Made by a program: the position numbers and the translations under genes. DNA of 64,000 bases from Octopus vulgaris (Eukaryota). Position 1 is the first letter of the stretch. Each line of letters opens with the position of its first letter. Under the pieces are notes generated by a model. That model had not been told where the DNA came from. It saw nothing but the letters and a program-made list of their open reading frames with translations, and did no database searches. The stretch covers positions 105,462,001 to 105,526,000 of the forward strand of contig OX597821.1 of the NCBI GenBank assembly GCA_951406725.2, in the 5' to 3' direction. Positions 14,921-28,719 of the stretch are shown here, in pieces.

Positions 14921-15092
14921 AAAAAAAAAAAAAAAAAAAAAGACATACTATGCAAAAGGCAAAATATCTCAAATTTATATTGGGGTGGGCGATATTATCG
15001 ATTACAGTGCACTCTAGTATTTCACTGGTAATTATTATATTCTCACCAAAAGAATGAAAAGCATTTTGTAAGCCACTCGCTCGAATATTCCA

Positions 15093-15138
<46 letters not shown>

Positions 15139-16710
15139 CCAAGTGTAGAAATGAATTATCTATGTCATGATGACCACCACAGCTTTGCCCATTCTACTTG
15201 TGTTTTATATGAGTTTCTGTGTATTCATTACCTTCACATTTTTTTTTTTGCATTTGCTTTGATGTGGACGGATATTTGCAATAGATATCAGGCAGGTATA
15301 TCTAATAGCATTTAAAGATCCGTTGCTCTTCTAATTATCCAAAGGATCACATTCGCTATTCAGACAAGTTTTCCATTGACAGACACTGGAAATCATTATC
15401 TGATATAATTTCTACCCACTTTCTTTTACTATTCGTTTCAAACGGATCATTCTGACGAAAAAAAAAAACAAAACAAAAAAAACTTTCATCTACTTCAATG
15501 TAACATATACCACAATTAATTCTAACGATCAGCCATCGCCTACATTCTCATCCATTTCCGCTTCATCTTTCACTTTCTTTTTCATGTCAATATTATTTCC
15601 GTTTCATTAATTTCTTCCATTCCTTTTCCTTTGCAATTAGCATAGCTACATGTCTACTCCGCCAGTTTATTTTGTTTATTTATTTCTAATATATTTGCTG
15701 GATTCCATTTAGTTTTCACTTATTCTATTGGGTTTCAGGCAGTCTCCTTTGTACACAGCACAAATTACAATGAATCTTCGGCTTTTTTCCATACTTTAAT
15801 CGTTAGCATTTGCATAGAAAGAAATCATGCGGTTAGGTGATTAGTTGCATTGTGTTAATATTTACGGAGATGCTTGTTTCTTGTTAATTTGTTAAGAGCT
15901 TTTCGTTAACGAATATTTGCGGGCTTTATTGAGCTCTATTTCTTTGCCTGACTTTATTATTCTGCTATAGCTTAATCTTAGCGGATCAGCCCAATCTCTT
16001 CGTATATATGCATTAGATTCAAGTTTGCATGTGCAATATACCTCTATATTCAAATTATTGGTTCTGTCCGAACGTTTTTATTTATAAACCACATTTTAAC
16101 GTTTTCTTATTGACTCCCTCGCCTGTAGGTAATTTATTCTGGTAGTCATTTGTCATTGCTCCGTTCGTTTATTGAATTTCTGCTCATTCGATATTGAAAC
16201 AAACCTACTGTTAATGGGGTAACATCTACTGTGAAATACTGTATTGGTACGTGAATCACATTTCTCTTTCAGTGTCGTCGATTAATTCCTTTAAGGTCCG
16301 GCGTAGTTCCTTTAAGTCAGTTGTAATATTTTCTGTTTGCAAGATATTTATAAGCGTTTCAGAGAGAAATGTTCTGAAAGGTATTTTTCCTTATGACTAG
16401 AGCCATTGATATTACTATAGAGCGCTGGGTAATATATAACTGCGTCGTATGTATTCACATATTCTAATTTCTCAGGCATATTTGATTGTGCCTTTGGCGT
16501 TATCGATTTATATGATGGATATTAACATTACAAATTACATATTTATACTTGGGGATTGACATGTGTTGTGGCCTTCTTATCAACTCTGCATTAATAGGTA
16601 TGAACGTATCGTGGTTATAGTTGATGTTCTGCATATAATCAACATCAACCCCCACCCTTCTTCACTGCCTTCTACAGTCCATTCTCAATGTAGCTCTATC
16701 GTCATTAAAC

Positions 16711-17160
16711 CGGTGGGTCAGCTGAACGGTTAGCACGCTGGAAAAAATGCTTAGCGGCATGTAGACCGTATTCACGTTCTGAGTTCAAATGTTACCGAGA
16801 CAGCTTCACCATCAATACATTCAAAGTGAATAGAATAACTACCAGTTGAACACTGGAAGTCTATATCATTAACTAGCTACTCGCTCAAAACTTCAGGCCT
16901 TGTGCGAATAGTAAAATGTATTATCTATCTCGCAATCATCGACGCCTGTTTAAGGAAGTGTGCTGACAGTATCACAATAATGCCGGGAAAAATGATTAAT
17001 GATACAACTTCGATCTTTAGCTTCTGAATTCAAATTTTGACTTGCAGTCCATCCTTTCCAGGTCGAAGAATTCCGTGCCAGTCAAACACTGGGGCTGATG
17101 TCATCGAATTTCCCTCTCCTTTTAAAAATTGCTAGACTTGTGCCAAACTTTGATACCCGT
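16711..17160 (+). mobile_element. Two degenerate SINE family C copies
   Basis: GTTAGCACG..AAATGCTTAGCGGCAT..GTTCTGAGTTCAAAT motif, shared with 17783, 34141-34485 and 60735. Confidence 0.65.
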
Positions 17161-17782
17161 TATCATTATGTACGCACTCAATGCAGAAACACACTACATA
17201 TGGTATTTTATCACCAGTTTCCTATGTCCACCGCCAGCAGCAACACTGTCATGTATAGAGTTTTGACCACGGATTTGAATGGTACCAGAGTTTTGTATTG
17301 CCATGCGTCAGTTCATAAAAAATAATTGAACATTTGGACAACTCCTAATATCATAAAAACGTCTCGTTATATCTTGCTTCCTAGAATGTTGTTGTTCAAC
17401 TGGAGGAAGCCATCTAGCATTCGCTCATTAATCACTTTTTCTGTTTTGCAAGTGGTGTATACATTTAGATCTATTATAATTTAGTTAATTTCGCTTTCTT
17501 CTTGTGATTAATAACTTTCTGAAGTAGTTTATTCCGACTTCAGTTATAAACTGTACGATATTATAGAAGACAGTAAATATTAATTAGTTATGTTTCTTAG
17601 CTCTTTAAGTAGCAAGTTTATCACTTTTTATTTATTTTATTTTATTTTTTCTTTCAGTCTTCAGTCTTATGGTGAGACTTTTTTTTGTTTGTGCATGAAA
17701 CATTATTTTGGGATTCGCTTTAGTTATAACCATGATTAATTGGATGTCAATATATGTCTTTCAAAGTAGCAAATTACTTTTC

Positions 17783-17940
17783 GGCGGTGAGCTGGTAGAC
17801 AACTTAGCACGGTAGAAAAGAATAGCGGCATTTTACTCGTTTTTACGTTCTGAGTTCAAATCCCCTTGAAGTTCTTCATCGCTTCGAGATCGATGAAGTA
17901 CCATTTCAGTATTGAGACAGATACAATCAACGACACTCTC
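17783..17940 (+). mobile_element. SINE family C (degenerate)
   Basis: GGCGGTGAGCTGGTAGA head and TACGTTCTGAGTTCAAATCC B-box region. Confidence 0.7.
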
Positions 17941-18694
17941 CTTAGAAGATATAAGCTGTTTCATTGTGGACTACTTTCTGAATTTCTTCAAATTTAAGAT
18001 TATTTGAAATCAGATTGGTAACAACCAGCTCATTTTGCTATCATTCCTACGGTAGCTTTGGTAATATATATTGTTCTAGTCTTGAGTTTTGCAAATTCTT
18101 ATCGCAAGATCTTTATACTTGTTCCATTTTCGGTAGGTTCTGACAGATACATTTATTTCGATTCGGACAATAATATCGAAAAGAATTCATGATGTTTGCC
18201 CGAAATCCTTCAACACAATGTCTGGCATATTTGCATATATCTTTCTGTCAGTTTGAACACAAAAATTCATAGGATGAGATTTTCTCATTTTCAAGGAGTG
18301 AAGATAATTTGTGCTCCCACCAGATTTTTATCATGTCTATTGACATACTTTCAGGGCGCAAGGAGGCTGCATATGGACACAATATGATCTATAGTATTTG
18401 CCCGTTGTTTACCTCTTCGACATATCGGGCTACATCCATTCTTTAATTTACGTTTATGCATACGTACACATGTACAAACACACTGCATACGTCCAGAGCT
18501 ATATGTACAAATTCATACTTATTCACATTCAGCAGGTTTGCCACAAGAGTGCCGATTCTCTCATGCTTCACATCATATGATGGCAGAGAGAAGTTATAAA
18601 ACAATTTCGGCATACTACCAAAGGTATCATAATCAAATTTTATATAGACCAGCTCATACACATGAAAGCACACGCTCGGATACACAGCTGGTTA

Positions 18695-18798
<104 letters not shown>

Positions 18799-18866
18799 CG
18801 ATATAGTGTATATTTAAACACATAGGGAATCCACTTATAGGGATTCTACACATTAGAAAGAACGGC

Positions 18867-18928
<62 letters not shown>

Positions 18929-19543
18929 TGCTTAGACATGCAATGCATACGGTCAGAAATATGTATATTTATATAATGATTTTCTTTTGCTATAAATCTT
19001 CTTTAACGAACGCTTTTCACCAATCAGTTAATACAGATATTCTATCTTGATGTATGTGCAGATAGATTTAAAACATGCGTAATGAGTGTATACGGTCACA
19101 TCTGCGAAATACTGATAAGCTGGGATATATTTCATAACAGAACTGTCCCTATTGATTTTTGACTCAAGCAATGTTTACAAACACTGGATATATGTGATTT
19201 TGGCCATACACAGGTCGACAAGATCAGCCGTGTCAAAGGGGTCAACTTGGTCAAATAACAAATCATTAACCCGTCATTTATCAATTAGTAATCAATATCA
19301 GTACGTGTTTCTGTCTGTCTCGTGCTTTCATCCTCACTCCATCTTTCACTCTAGCTTTCACTCCCCACTCCCCGCCTCTCTGTGAATATCATTTAATATC
19401 TGCCATCGTTGGACTCTGTTTATACTCTTGGTTCTCTTACTCTATTGTATTTCCTAAAAACCAAAATACGCATAGAACCTTCATACGGCACATTTCCATA
19501 TTCTATAGCATGAAGCGTAAATAAGTTTGCTACGTACACAATT

Positions 19544-19584
<41 letters not shown>

Positions 19585-19870
19585 TATGCGTGTGCGCGAG
19601 TGGGTGTATGTCTCTCTCTATCCATCTTTCTATCTCTATATCTCTCTCTCTCTATCATTGTATGTGTGTATGTATATATGCAAATGTATGTATGCGCAGT
19701 TGGTACATTGCGTGTTTGAATATGTCGGTTATGCTTTGGTGTGGGGGTATATTTAGGAATGCATCCACTGCCAGGAATTATGCTGGTTCCCCAATAAGAT
19801 ACAAGACCTTTACACACACATACATGCACACATACACTCAGATACATGAATATATAGAGAAATGAATATA

Positions 19871-19917
<47 letters not shown>

Positions 19918-19962
19918 TGAGAGAGAGAGTGTGTGAGAGAGAGAGAGAGAGATAGATGGATG

Positions 19963-20032
<70 letters not shown>

Positions 20033-21149
20033 CAGATAAATAGATATTTATAGACATAGATATAGATGTAGGTATACATGTATATTTGGATGCGCATGCT
20101 ATTGCAGTGTACCGAAGTGCCACACTCCGTACTTTAAAATTACCATTTTATGCAAAAGGACATAATATATAGTCAATTTTTGAAGATCAAACAAATTCTG
20201 CATCGTTCATGAACTAAAACTATCGATCAAAAAGAGAGAACAGTCATATAACGCAGACTGATTATTGTAGCTAAATAATACAAAGCAATTCACAATAGTA
20301 CGACCTCAGGAGGATAAGGCAGCTACTTTAAACGTTTTGGCGTGTGTGCGCATATACACACGTACATACGTGTGGCAGCGCGTCTGGTATACAACTGGCA
20401 TGCGTATGTTCACCTTGTCAAGATGCAATTTTGAGAAAAGAAAAGAAAGGCTCATAATTCCTGTTTTATTTTTTCATACCACGTTATACACTCAACTACT
20501 TTCATAGATATCACAAGGTATATGCGCAGTTTACCTCACAAACCCAATTTGATATTCAAAACAATTATGACGGAATATCCTTTTCGGTCTCCTGCTTCGT
20601 ACATCAAATGCCTTCTGTTTATAATCTACACTGTTATCATTTAACACTGCAACGCATTTAACTTTGCGATAGTTAGGTTATTATGCCTGTAACATCAAGC
20701 ATTACCTATATTTTTTATGATGCATTCGCATTTTAACTACCTCTATGCTAGCATATTTTTCTTGTGAAATATTTGATATTGTTGTTCTGCATATGAACAA
20801 CAAGTTGCTGCTAATCTTTCTTTATAGACATATTTCTCCTGATATGGAAACTTTTCTGTCAAGGATTCCTTTCATATTTGGGGAAGTTATTTACAATTAT
20901 TTACACTGCAAACATCTGCGTCATGACAAACATAATATCCGTTCTTATCTCGAAACATTTGATACAAGTTGCTATCTAGTAAATATGTAACGGCGTCATT
21001 TCACCTAATTGTCTAAATGATACTCAAAAAGTTTGTGCCTGAAGTCTTCTTAAGCTTGCGCAAATTTCTTTTCTAACGCGTGTGCGTAAAAATCTTGCAT
21101 ATACGCAAGGGTGCTTGCAAACAAATACACACACACATGCATGTATGTA

Positions 21150-21230
<81 letters not shown>

Positions 21231-21244
21231 ATGCGTGTGTATGC

Positions 21245-21291
<47 letters not shown>

Positions 21292-21527
21292 CATAATGAT
21301 ATTAACAATATCCAAGGCTGTGAATAGTTTTCAGAACAATTATAAAGACATGGTCTTACAGCTGTTTGCGGAGAATTTTATTTATTCCTTCTTCACAGAC
21401 AGTGCGAGAGAATGTTTAAGTAATAGTCGTTATAGAGAAGATGTGAAATACACCGTGAAGTGGAGGAATGAAAACAGACGTGAGATACGTAAGGATATTG
21501 TATTTGAACTTCCATTATTTAAGCAGA

Positions 21528-21586
<59 letters not shown>

Positions 21587-21589
<3 letters not shown>

Positions 21590-21890
21590 AGGAGACAAAC
21601 CACCACCACCTTTAACCAATTAGGCCTTAAGATCTCACTCATTCCTAATCTGTCAAGAGTTTCTCTAGATTTAAACTCACCCACTTATAAACCATGCAAT
21701 AAGCACTCGAGAAATATTCCTACATACACAGTTTTGTCATCATCTCCCAATAGTGCTTCAAATCCTGATAGACACTATTAGCAACGGAATATCTAACTTT
21801 TCTTCTAAAGAAATTTTTGATAAGCCATCCCATTACTACAGCAATCCCCTAGCCAACTCTGGCTTTAAAAATAACTTATTTTGCAACTCT
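21587..21890 (+). pseudogene. Penelope-like element reverse transcriptase C-terminal/thumb fragment
   Basis: Frameshifted translation FNQLGLKISLIPNLSRV-SLDLNSPTYKPCNK..YIH..ISNFSSKEIFDK.SHYYSN.LANSGFK resembles the PLE pattern GLKIT..N...FLDVTLDL..YKPY.K...EEIF...YN.AL..SG. Confidence 0.75.
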
Positions 21891-22067
21891 GTACAAATAA
21901 TACGAATAAGGAAAACATACCTAAAATAGAAGCCATTTGTTTCAATAACTATTGTACTCTCTCAAAAAATCTTTTGTTGGCTTGATACATTTACAATCAC
22001 TGAAGGCTACGTCAGAAGGTAAATATATATAATGAACGTTAGATATTATGTAGTGTAACGTGATATT

Positions 22068-22818
22068 TCTATATATATAAAAAGCAGTTTGTCTGTGTGT
22101 CTGTCATATTGTACCCTCACCCTGAACCACGGCTTTCAACCGATTCTGATGAAACTTGACACACACATAGCCCACTGTCATAATTCAAAACTAATGCAGC
22201 GAAAAGTTTGAAAAGTTCCCCCAGTTCTGAAAAAAATTGATAAATTCGACATGGGATCGAGAATCTAAGCTTATCATATGCAGCACATTTTCCGTTGTAG
22301 TTTTCGCAACTTGCAATAGATTTTCACCAAGCTCATGGTGAAGCTTAATGTTACCCTAAGGAATTTAATTCTGACGTTATTTTTCCATGCAATACCTTAC
22401 CATCAGAAGCAATCGATAAAATCATGCCATTTTGGGAAATCGCGTTCAAATTCAAGATGACATATTTTCGACAATATCTTTAACAATTTGGCAGGAATTC
22501 TTTTTGAAATTGACAGCGAGCATCATGTCTGCTCCCAGGAGATATATGGCATTTTTAATTCCAATAGGATACTTTATTACTGGAAAAAAACCGCAGAACT
22601 GTGTTGGGTGTGCTAAACAAAACCAGAAAATGCACTTTGACTGTCATAGATTTTCTTCATGCATGCAAGGGAACGGTGCCTTGAATACCTTAATGCCTTT
22701 TAGACTTCATTTTACAAAATAACGGTTCAATGAGAACAAAAAAGGGTAAAAAGGTAAAGGGCATTGCTTATCGACAACGTTTCTTACATATCCGGGCAAC
22801 GCCGGGCTATGCTGCTAG
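22068..22818 (+). mobile_element. Non-autonomous Helitron-like element
   Basis: 5' TCTATATATATAAAA; 3' GC hairpin CCGGGCAACGCCGGG followed 8 nt later by terminal CTAG and then T. Confidence 0.75.
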
Positions 22819-25722
22819 TATATATATAACTTTTGAACTGATTTTCAGTTCTACACTTTGGTATATATACCTACACAAGAAAATGGTTGTAATTGACACA
22901 GTACATTATGCTGAACATATTAGCACCTTGCATGACTCCAAAAATTGAACAGATGATGCTTTTATTTTGTATAAAACATGAGCTTTATTTTACCTTTCCT
23001 GTGTTTTCTTTTTCGAATTTCTCACGTGTTGTCCTACCCCTCATTTAATGTATTACGTGTATTCAAGTTTTCAGACTATTTATATATGAAGTTTTGTCAA
23101 TATCTTTTTGACAGGATCTGCAGTTTTATCATAGGTAAATTGCAAGACTTAGAATATAATATAAACTTCTGCTGAATATGCGGTTCTTCTTTGATATTAA
23201 TCAATTTGCTCCTATCAAAGAATAAGTTCCGACATTCACAGTTTTTCTTAGTCTTTATATTTAATCCTATTCTTTCTGAAAATCCAATTTCCAGAGTGTC
23301 AAGTGAGAGAATGCACTGACGTACGACGCCGAATTTTGACGGAAACGAAGAGAGCGAAGTATCGACTGAACTTTACCCACATTAGATTAATACATAGCAT
23401 ACAAGAAAGGAACAGAATATCAGAACTGGAATTTATGGCAATCAATTTCCAACAACAGTCGCATTACGATTGATGTAGATTAACGTTTTTTGATGAGTGT
23501 TCGAGAAGCAAATATTTGGCACTACCATAGTTTTTGTTCTGGTACACTAAATAGTCAAAGTCCGAATGAAAGATAATTCATGTACATGAACAATACACAT
23601 TAACCTTGAAAATCTACCCGCTTCTCATATTGACCGTTCTTACCAGAAATAACATAATGGACACGTCCGAATTTGATGCAAGAAAAAATAAACACACATG
23701 TGTGTGCGTGTGTATTTACTACAATAGTCCATGGCAAAGTATATTTTAACTTGCTAAATTAAATTTAAGCGAAACTATATATCATGTAAGGACGTACATT
23801 TTTGTAGAATTTTTCAGGCCTCTGGCAGCAAATATATGTTACGTTGTATTGTACGTGTTTAGTTGCATGGGTCTATGGTTTATCATGCTATTGGGAAAAC
23901 TGAAGATGGAGATCTAAGCGAATAAATTCCCAAGGCCATCAAAAGTATTCATTCAGTTGAAAATAACGAAAAATAAATGCTGGAAGCAATAAAACCGTGT
24001 CACATAATTTCCCTTAAATGTCCGTTCCAATATTCAATTTTATCCGATTGGGGACTGTTTCTATATTTCGTTACTGGTATCAACGTTTCTATCACACCTT
24101 GCTCTGAATATATTATATACTAATACAAAAAATATTTACAAAAATGCACACAAAACTTTGTAAAAGTATATACAATCAGTTTATAGAATTGACAATTACA
24201 CACAATACGTTTAAATGTTATGGATTGCACATGTATAAGATATGATATCCATCCAATTATTAATTTTATCCGGAATACTGTGTGCTGAAACAAAATATAG
24301 ATATTTACTATCGCGTTTACATTGTATATCTTTGAGGCATGAAACTTCTGATAAGTAAACTTACGTAAACCCATTCACTCAGACGGTTAGGATAGGATTA
24401 TTTCATCTCAAACCAGAATATATATTTTTTTCTCTTAGAAATATGACATGTAGCACATTGGTAGTTGTCGGTAAAATATGAACGTCTAAATTTCCCAATT
24501 TCTATCCTGTAGACAGCGTATGGATTCATAACCCTTATAACAAGTTTTTTATTTCTAATGGAAATGTTGTCTTTACAAGCATGTTTTATTTGGAGCGTCT
24601 CAAGGTAGGAACCAGCAATCCTTGTTTACCATTATGGCGTTAAGAACAATTTTATCCCAATTTTCTTTATGTTTTTTTGTGGCATGGTTCAGTGAAGAAG
24701 CGTATATTTCAGGACTTAATCTACCCAGACATATTGCGTTTTGTTTCTTTACGTTCATGCATATTCCAAGGTTAGTAATGGGGTAAGCATTACGTATCCA
24801 TGAGTTTAACATGGCAAACTCTTTTTGCTTAATCGTTATACATGATAAAAGAAAAAAAAATTTTGATACAGTACACTTCTTATTGATTTTTTAGCCACCG
24901 ATGAACATTATAATAACGATGACGATGAAATTTATGCTAAGAAGCGAAACTATTAAAAAACTAAAGAAAATTACAAATCCTTGTGTCCGAAATTGCAAAC
25001 TCTACATAATTATAAAATACAAATGCGTATAAAATTCAAGTTTGATAGCAAGAATTTAGAGTGCGAATGAAAGAGAAGAAAAAGATATGAATATATTTAT
25101 ATTTTAAGGGGCTTTCTGTCAAGATCTGGATAAAGTTTTGGCAGAAATGAAAATTTGGAAAGTTTGATAAAGTAAATGCCTACGTATGAGTGTGCTATCA
25201 ACATATTCACAAAATCCACGAAATAGTAACTGGCGTTTCGTGACAGCATCTAATTATAGGGACTGTAAAAATTACAGAATACATTGAGTACAAATCTCTA
25301 AAGAAGAAACAAACTGAACAAGCATAACTTTCATTATATCATTGAGCATAACAGAATTGTGAATATAGCAACGTAAAATCATGCTATAAATATCACAGAG
25401 TATCCCACCAAATGAATCGTCCAATTGTTGACGAGATACAATTTGAGGTTCCGTGTACGTCCTGTATATCGTTTGCAATTTTTGTAACTCTGAACAAAGG
25501 GGTAAAAAATGACAAAAAAGGTGGAGGGGGGGGGGGGGCACAACGTTCTATGATTAAACGCACGAGCATACACGGACACGCGTATATATACATACATACA
25601 CACATAAATTTACCTATAAGTATACTATAGATGTGTACAGCTGAATGTATATGGAAATAAAAATATAAATATCTATACTTATGCGTACACACACATATGT
25701 ATATAGAAGCACATATGCATTA

Positions 25723-25785
<63 letters not shown>

Positions 25786-25883
25786 TATATGTGTGTGTAT
25801 GTGTGTATAGACACTACATATAAATACGTGTGTAGACATAAATTTTGGTATAGATGTATATATATATATACATATATATATAA

Positions 25884-25937
<54 letters not shown>

Positions 25938-26455
25938 GTATATACACATATGTATACCATAAATTAACACACAAGCGCACATTCATCGCTTGCGCACGCA
26001 CGCACACACACGCAAATTCTCTCACTCTCTCTCCATCTCTCTCTCAGACACACATATACATGAGGTGTTGCGCACTTGTATCATTGTCAGTACATTTCGA
26101 TTCTTATAGAATTTATCCATTACGAATCATACTTCACTATACATTATCTCTATCCATTTACCGATAACATTCAGAATACAGAATGAATGAAACATTGGAT
26201 CGTTATTCTCCGAAAGAAATATGTGAATATGTGTTATAGTTATGGATATGTTGAATACATAACATCGGATGATGCTTTTATGAATAAGAGAAGCATCGTG
26301 ATATTGAAGGAAGCTGCATCCGTACACAATGCCGTATCAGAATTGGCAATCTTCGATTCAGGGAATGTTTTTTTTTCTAGATATCCCCGATTTATTTTAC
26401 ATTTTCCCTTTCAGAAAACTATTTAATCCACACTTACACAAACGCCTCTACACGA

Positions 26456-26495
<40 letters not shown>

Positions 26496-26576
26496 ACAAA
26501 GATATATATATATATATATATATACTTGTATATATGTATATGGACATACATATGCCTATGTGTGTGTATATATGTA

Positions 26577-26617
<41 letters not shown>

Positions 26618-28719
26618 TTATTCATACATATACATCTATATGTGTGTGTGCATATAAATACACACACACACACATATATATGTATATACACACACACACC
26701 GTCGATACTATATAAACTCGAAACGCCTGCGACCATATCGGTAAATGAGTGTACGGATGAGCGAGTTGTTAAAAAACAACGGAGTCCAGCGTTACGTATT
26801 AGATTCACCGAAAATGCCATTCACGGAAAACAAGAAATTTATCTGTCATTCGCCCAACAAAACGAGCTGTTATTATTTACAATAATGTGGCGTTAACAGC
26901 TGTAAGCAATGGACTTCAGTTATAGATAAATGTGAAGACATATATGGACATCCATCTAAAGATGTGTACCTTATTGTGTGTATGTGAGTGTGTGCTTAAA
27001 TGTGAGTGCGTGTGTGTGTGTGTGTGTGAATGTGTGTGTCAACATGGAGTTTGGTTCCCTATGTGTGCATTAACGTATATAAGCCTAAATCGGAATATAG
27101 CCAGTAATGAAACAGATTAACTATATCATATATTACATGGTGTTAGTTCATACTTTCACATTAACTTGCTCTCCTTCGTTCAGAGCTATAAACTACAAAT
27201 ATATATCCCTCTACGCATAATTGTGATATTTCTTCGAGTCCTCTGAACGATGTTAAGAATTGTTGATGTATATATTATCCTTTATTAATACAGTTGAATA
27301 TGATATGTAGAATATACTACCAGGTATCGAAACGGGTTCATCATAATTAGTCGGGATATGTCAAATATATGTTTGCTTTAGCATCATGTACGATTGGGTG
27401 ACATTTTAGCATTATGTGTTGTTATAAGGAACGTTCTAAACAATTACAATTTTTGCATTTAAAGAAAATTTATTTTGTATAATATTAATGTATATTTCAT
27501 CAAAACTGTGCTATATTGTACTTATTTTATAATCTATGTTTCGTAATACATCGTGATCCCACTCTGGATATGTTACATGAGCGGACATCGTCTGTGGTGT
27601 CGTATCCAGAAATGATATCAATATACATATATGCACAGAAAGTCACAGACACGCACACATACACACACAAAAATGCACGCGCGCACACACACACATACAC
27701 GCCCAAACTAAGAAACACAAACACACGCACACGCATATACACAAGTATATTTCCTATGATTTTATGAACACATGGACGCATAATATTCTTTGAATTAAAT
27801 TTTTGAATCTATTTTCACCTTTCATATATATAAAAAATACGTTTAAATTTAACAAATCGACAGAGTAATTTTACACTTATAATTGTCAGAATATAAAAAT
27901 AAATTTTAAATATCGGACAGGTGTATTACGCTTGCAATAGAATTTTGGTGAAAAGTGTATAATCGATGTTAACCTCTGAATGAGCAATTCACAATTCTCT
28001 GCATATTAAAACCTTATCCGAAAACCTTTAATCCTGCATGTAATTATGCAAACCACGTATTTGCAAATCTCAAGTAGAGATATTGCAAGCATCGAATTTA
28101 ATTTTGAAACAATCCATTTCAATTTCTTTGCCTACTTTCTATATAGAGGAACTATAGTGTATCTCAAGGAAAAGAAATATAAACGACTTACAGACGGATG
28201 GGGCCCCAAAAAAACAATACTCATTGTTTCTAAATGTTTATGAGATCTCTACTACGGTATTTAATAGAGCCGCTTGGCTGCACAATTTGCAATCTTTCAA
28301 TTTTTAATCAACTCTCAGTTTAATTCTAAAGGTCATTCAACATGTAAATATCAATATACATCGTTCTAACCGTTTATCGATTACGGCCAGGACACCCACT
28401 CATTTGTCTCTTAAAACTTTTATATGTTTTTTTTTTCCTTTTTCTAGTAACTATTTACTCATTCACGAAAAAAACAAAAACAAATAATTATCAGTCTTTT
28501 TATTTCCTTCAAATGCAACTCCATTGTACAGCTTTCAATACTAAATAAATCCATTTGGAACTGAAAACATATGTTAACATATTTCCAGTTGTGTTAGAGA
28601 TTTAGCGCCATGATTTCTAAAGGGAAACTTCAAATCGAGTTTCAAATTGTAGTTGATTCAGCGCTTCGAAGCTGTACAAGATACAACACCTGATATTTCT
28701 TCGACTTTATAGTGTACAT

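Noticed and set aside
15440-16530. Possible decayed LINE ORF1/gag-like remnant (minus strand); similar hints of decayed transposon coding at 8100-8620 and 40680-41200
   Set aside because: Too degraded to assign without a profile search.
24600-24812. 70-aa non-repetitive ORF
   Set aside because: Short, with no recognisable motif or splice context.
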